Of a stretch of 64,000 nucleotides of DNA, positions 61,201 through 64,000 are shown piece by piece. A model generated the notes under the pieces. The model was given only the letters and a program-made list of their open reading frames with translations. It made no database searches and had not been told where the DNA came from. The stretch is taken from assembly GCA_905178155.1 (NCBI GenBank), contig CAJINV010000009.1, positions 2,519,373 to 2,583,372 on the forward strand. Reading direction: 5' to 3'. The stretch is from Amoebophrya sp. A120 (taxonomy: Eukaryota > Protista > Dinoflagellata). Made by a program: the position numbers and the translations under genes. The stretch's first letter is position 1. Every line of letters starts with the position of its first letter.

Positions 61201-64000
61201 GGGAATAATATGCTCGCATGTGTCATGTGCTCGCATCATGCAGCTTTATGAATGTATCCGCTAAAAAGGGGACTAATCTATACCAAAAATCTCCGCTGTT
61301 CCTAGCTTCGCCCATATCTTTTCGTCCTTGGGCTCTGGTATCCACTTGGCGCGCACTGCATACACCTGCGCTTTCAGTGGGTTGCTGTTTTCGTACTTCA
61401 CTGGCGGGAGGTATGCTGCCCGTGGTGTCCTGTGCAGGAAGTCCGGCAGTGGTCTGCCGTCTCCTACCGCTCTCCCCTGCCACAAGTAGTCCGTGTTTAT
61501 TCTTGGGACCGGGAAATTTATCAGACCCATCGATTTGTCTGACTGCTGCCATAATTCTGCTTTTGTCTTTCGGATATCTACTACTGGTGACAGCACCGAG
61601 CCTTCGAGGCCCGGCGCATACCCGACGTGGCGGGGCATTCTGTGCTAAACTGTTTCTGGTTATGAGATGGTAGAAGAAAAATCCAAGCTCACTAATGTTT
61701 TCTCTCATGCGTCGTGGTATCTCTGCTCTGTGTCTCAGCTTTGAACTCTCTGCTTGCATACTATGTCTATTTGCGAGCATTCTGCTTGCCTGGTGTCGAA
61801 CAACGAAGCGACAAGGGCTAGTTCTGCCGTGAACTGCCTACAGTGGTACGATTGCCAGCTTGGTCTAAGCTTTCCAAGATGAACTGCCTGCTGCCTACTA
61901 GTAACGCCACAACATGGTTGTAGCGAGGGGCTCGCTTGCGCGATTTACTATCCAGGGCGTGACTGTGACAAAGGTATCCTTCTCGTCAATCTGACGACCA
62001 TCGTCGATCAGAAATCCGAGAGGGCGGTGTCCCCTCCAGAAAACACCCCTCCTCCCCTAATTCGTCCACGAGAACCGAAGTCCTGGTGTCAGAAAAAGGA
62101 GTGAAGGTTGACCTAATGGTATACCAATGTCTGATATAAATCCAGAAAACTGAAAAAATATCCAGAAATCCCAGCCGGGGCTGTAAATGAATGTATGAAC
62201 GATGAATATGAACGAGACCGATCTTGCTGACGATGCTTTCACTCGAAATATTTATCCCGTAAACATAAAACTCTGTGTCTGTCATGCAAGAACTGGATGG
62301 GGATTGGTTTTTTTCTGTGGATACGTTTCTCCCGGCGCAACCTCGTTCCCGTAGATGGAAAGTTTCGTCCAGTGTCGCAGATCCCGCCAGATTATAGCGC
62401 TCTCAAGCGTTACACTCTCAACTGTTACATGAATATGTAATGCAAGTAGAATGGCAAAAGTGAAAGGAAAATGAAAAGGTTGCGCCTTTTGCATTACAGA
62501 TTTGGAGCAGATTAAAATGCTATCTAGCGCGTCGAGAACTTGTCACGCGAAGCAGCTTCATCATCATCGTCATCATGTAGTGGACACCCGCTCCCAGCGC
62601 CACAGGTCAAGGATCCCCTCCCCGGGGGGTGGGCAATTTTGCATGGCAAATTCATGTAACAGCTGAGAATGTAACGTTTGAAAACCCCATACCGATCGCG
62701 TTGTGTTTCGGCGCTTCGAGCAGTTCCGCAGTAGATTCCACAATCGGAGTCGCTAGGTGGATCGGTTCAAAAAGCGCTATATTGATTAACGGCGGTGACG
62801 CACACCAGTTGCAATCATGCATGACAGATCTTCTCTGTGTATCAATATCATGCATCCTAGGCTAGACAAATTTGAGCAACATCAAAATTTCCCACGCGCA
62901 CTTACTGCATGCCAAAACGACCCGTTATTAACGCTAACACTTTTTGGTTCTATGATAAGGTGGATCATCAAGTCAAAATTCCCGATGTTCTTGTCTTCGT
63001 GCAGAAACTGTAAATATCCTGTGCAAAAGTGTCGCATGATTCGTATAAATGTATTACAAATTTCCCCAGCATGAGAAATAAAATTTGTAATGCGAATTTA
63101 GCTTGAGAACAAGATTTGTAATGCATGTTTGCGATTACTACGAGTACGATACCTTTGCACAGCATAGCAAGGTCCGCGCGACAATGGGGGTGGACGGCGC
63201 TAGCGGCTCCAGGATCGCGAGGACCCCGGGCTGGACATCATTTTTTCCAGCCGCATTTTCATCCTTCGAGGAAAAAATCTTCAGCGTTCGCTTCGTGTCC
63301 CGCGCTATCGCCTCTTCCCAGTCTGTATCAAAGGCAAAAATGTCTGGGTCTGGAAGAATGCACGACTTGTCATGCTGCTTTTCCATGACCCATGGGGTCT
63401 GGAATGCAGGACCTAGCATGACAGATTCTGTGCGATCTCTCTCAAGCCTATCCTGCATGAGAAAGTCCCTCCCGACTTGGTCAAAACTGGACGACTTTTG
63501 GATTTTTGCATGCTTCAGATTTAGCATGACAAGGAAGTTGCAATCTTCCAGACCCAGACATTTTTACATTTGATAGTCTGGTCTTTTTCCCAACACCTCC
63601 ATAATCTGGGGCGTACAGGGGAAGGGAAACACCGTGCCAATGTTTTCGTGGGGTTTTTTTCCGTAGTTTTTCGTATTTTCATTCGAGGAAGCTGAAGATC
63701 GAGACCCAGACGTCGCAGTTGCTGATGTGGTGTCGTAATTGCTATCGCTGGAAGATGCTATCACGATGTCGTGGTTTCCCAAAGACGTTACCACACCGTT
63801 GCACACGACAAACCTACCAGTTTCCTCCAGGATGGTTTTTGTAGAAACCCGCTCTTCGGCTTCGTCATGTTGAGCATCGGATTTCAGCGAATCCTCGCCA
63901 GCACCTTCACCTTGTGGTCGCGTATCAATGTGTTTCGCGAAGAACTCCGTTACATTCGGGAAATGGATCACGGACACTGCGCCGCGGGTTGGAGTGCTGC
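43267..64000 (-). CDS. UGGT: UDP-glucose:glycoprotein glucosyltransferase, 3' part (GT24 domain), continues beyond the window
   Basis: DLDNL, IHIFSVASG-YER, KQRLIWAYKILFLD, IIFIDADQIV, GYWK, YHISALFVV, NSLSNLDQDLPN, WLFCETWC, DLCQNPLTKE; C-terminal REEL. Confidence 0.95.
43752..44053. mobile_element. Introner F10
   Basis: TSD CAAAG/AAAAG; splits YHISALFVV. Confidence 0.9.
44671..44833. mobile_element. Introner F3
   Basis: TSD GTCGG. Confidence 0.92.
44892..45036. mobile_element. Introner F1
   Basis: TSD TGAGC; splits KQRLIW. Confidence 0.92.
45241..45925. other. GC-rich insertion of unknown class between duplicated UGGT exons
   Basis: Abrupt GC shift; no TIR seen; TTAACCCGAGAACA twice at the right end. 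Confidence 0.5.
45989..46137. mobile_element. Introner F1 in the duplicated exon
   Basis: TSD TGAGC. Confidence 0.9.
46602..46858. mobile_element. Introner F11
   Basis: TSD GCCAG. Confidence 0.9.
46964..47115. mobile_element. Introner F1
   Basis: TSD TTCGC. Confidence 0.92.
48085..48329. mobile_element. Introner F4
   Basis: TIR present; TSD diverged TCCTA/TCCCC. Confidence 0.85.
48531..48846. mobile_element. Introner F10
   Basis: TSD TTGTC; splits DLDNL. Confidence 0.9.
48898..49082. mobile_element. Introner F1-like
   Basis: TSD AGCTC. Confidence 0.88.
49200..49471 (-). repeat. Split direct repeat B2
   Basis: Copy of 49620-49895. Confidence 0.95.
49501..49618 (-). repeat. Split direct repeat A2
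   Basis: Copy of 62145-62262. Confidence 0.95.
49620..49895 (-). repeat. Split direct repeat B1
   Basis: Matches 49200-49471 apart from ~3 substitutions and a 4-bp indel. Confidence 0.95.
50278..51639 (-). CDS. Tyrosine recombinase of the retroelement (2 GT-AG introns; start uncertain)
   Basis: TGLRPSA, YGVRRS, HFGW...TY catalytic-like motifs; introns 51269-51377 and 50591-50694 restore the frame. Confidence 0.75.
51653..54123 (-). CDS. Reverse transcriptase / RNase H (5' end unresolved)
   Basis: DDLASAYWQ, LNFG, YVDDL, ILG, FTDAA, YEA, VDN, ADATTR; GT-AG intron 53691-53789. Confidence 0.92.
54465..58150 (-). CDS. Gag-position protein of the retroelement (4 GT-AG introns)
   Basis: Five ORFs join in frame via introns 57241-57443, 55981-56086, 55488-55612, 54887-55009; Gly/Lys-rich stretch and Cys/His cluster at the C-terminus. 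Confidence 0.75.
59529..60374 (-). CDS. Accessory ORF in the retroelement, 281 aa, unknown function
   Basis: Long ORF, globular composition, co-oriented with pol. Confidence 0.65.
   Translation of the reverse strand: MSGISHDVSIKNCEAMRVGKCDNLADLVGKQGASILSLLEDLVKNGGKDDLGSNAAGIFMNDLTSKHNSHLGTDGTRVPILSEGQSQKLLHVYRSLAQFAITTVIPALSAKVAAYSELIDELWVDLNPAMVQTVFPNWMTFCAECAAKIYFLRGKLALPELQMSQELKHFKYVCTKRRTDGITTSGFVPVMGGQATGTTTTELASQLTTHLSKEPYFVAYEDEELEELGEKVLNLAKMYSKTMDEDMKKKYEKAGRYAFGLPGAQSSSSGGSSSSSSKGGK
60573..61226 (-). CDS. Accessory ORF in the retroelement, 217 aa, unknown function
   Basis: ATG-initiated ORF overlapping the stop of the upstream ORF (ATGA). Confidence 0.6.
   Translation of the reverse strand: MTHASILFPANDSSGLPEAFFEVEVILRTQYSARYGLAEQMFVLPKMVCPVGILWMQKLTFTRERDRLKAYEAKFQTERNYTRYKLFMHSDRLCKELEEDIESLYNIELETSICDQRAITWADLYAFSGSQRARQIFNRHFVEQHQMHEACIRSFNYDISPPPPCTFYCHGRSNLAFRTRVRISELHTRIKKEKIEKPDGQLADEYSIDADVESDTD
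61223..61780 (-). CDS. Possible accessory ORF in the retroelement, 185 aa
   Basis: ATG ORF coupled to the next ORF; no recognisable motif. Confidence 0.4.
   Translation of the reverse strand: MLANRHSMQAESSKLRHRAEIPRRMRENISELGFFFYHLITRNSLAQNAPPRRVCAGPRRLGAVTSSRYPKDKSRIMAAVRQIDGSDKFPGPKNKHGLLVAGESGRRRQTTAGLPAQDTTGSIPPASEVRKQQPTESAGVCSARQVDTRAQGRKDMGEARNSGDFWYRLVPFLADTFIKLHDAST
62145..62262 (-). repeat. Split direct repeat A1
   Basis: Identical by eye to 49501-49618. Confidence 0.95.
62393..62691. mobile_element. Introner F4
   Basis: TSD CAGAT/CCGAT. Confidence 0.9.
62760..62957. mobile_element. Introner F3 (degenerate)
   Basis: TSD AGGTG; repeat extends to AGGTGGATC. Confidence 0.8.
63015..63166. 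mobile_element. Introner F1
   Basis: TIR clear; TSD diverged GTAAA/GCAAG. Confidence 0.88.
63326..63575. mobile_element. Introner F2
   Basis: TSD GTCTG. Confidence 0.92.

Larger units (their letters stand above)
49200..62262 (-). mobile_element. Tyrosine-recombinase retrotransposon with split direct repeats (Ngaro/PAT-like), 13 kb
   Basis: Minus-strand order A1-ORFs-B1-A2-B2; RT/RNase H and YR ORFs; no TSD. Confidence 0.92.
49149..62323. mobile_element. Introner F7 split by the 13-kb retrotransposon
   Basis: Halves 49149-49199 and 62263-62323 align to 6960-7074 and 32074-32196; TSD CGTTT on both sides. Confidence 0.92.

Noticed and set aside
49193-62269. 9-bp TSD AAACATAAA around the retroelement
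   Set aside because: Explained by the host introner's CAT-N-CAT plus element-derived A's
85-63573. Many short ORFs sharing peptides such as CKSIVLV, QKYRTR, KNVWVWK, PDPDIFA, FQTQT
   Set aside because: They are translations of F1/F2 TIRs in different frames, not a protein family
152-63575. CRISPR-like or REP-like repeat-spacer pattern
   Set aside because: Repeats are dispersed TIR pairs with TSDs, the spacers are eukaryotic exons, and there are no cas genes

Overview
Eukaryotic, intron-rich genomic DNA. The architecture points to a parasitic syndinian dinoflagellate such as Amoebophrya (inference). All host genes lie on the minus strand: two partial AN1 zinc-finger copies, a long LRR protein, two divergent paralogous probably secreted EF-hand proteins (A and B), a SIZ1/PIAS-like SUMO E3 ligase, and the 3' part of UGGT. 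Their exons are broken by 73 hand-mapped introner-type elements from about 15 unrelated TIR families. The elements typically have TAT...ATA ends and a 5-bp target-site duplication (TSD), sit in either orientation, lack GT-AG ends and carry a shared GCAT[GTC]ACA motif. At the junctions I translated, removing the element plus 5 nt restores the frame. One introner inside UGGT holds a 13-kb tyrosine-recombinase retrotransposon with split direct repeats, 7 frame-restoring GT-AG introns and extra ORFs. Another holds a Helitron-like element. There is also an intergenic GC-rich MITE and three local duplications that give filled/empty introner sites. Coordinates were read by eye and may be off by a few bases. 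F1-F15 are my own family labels.
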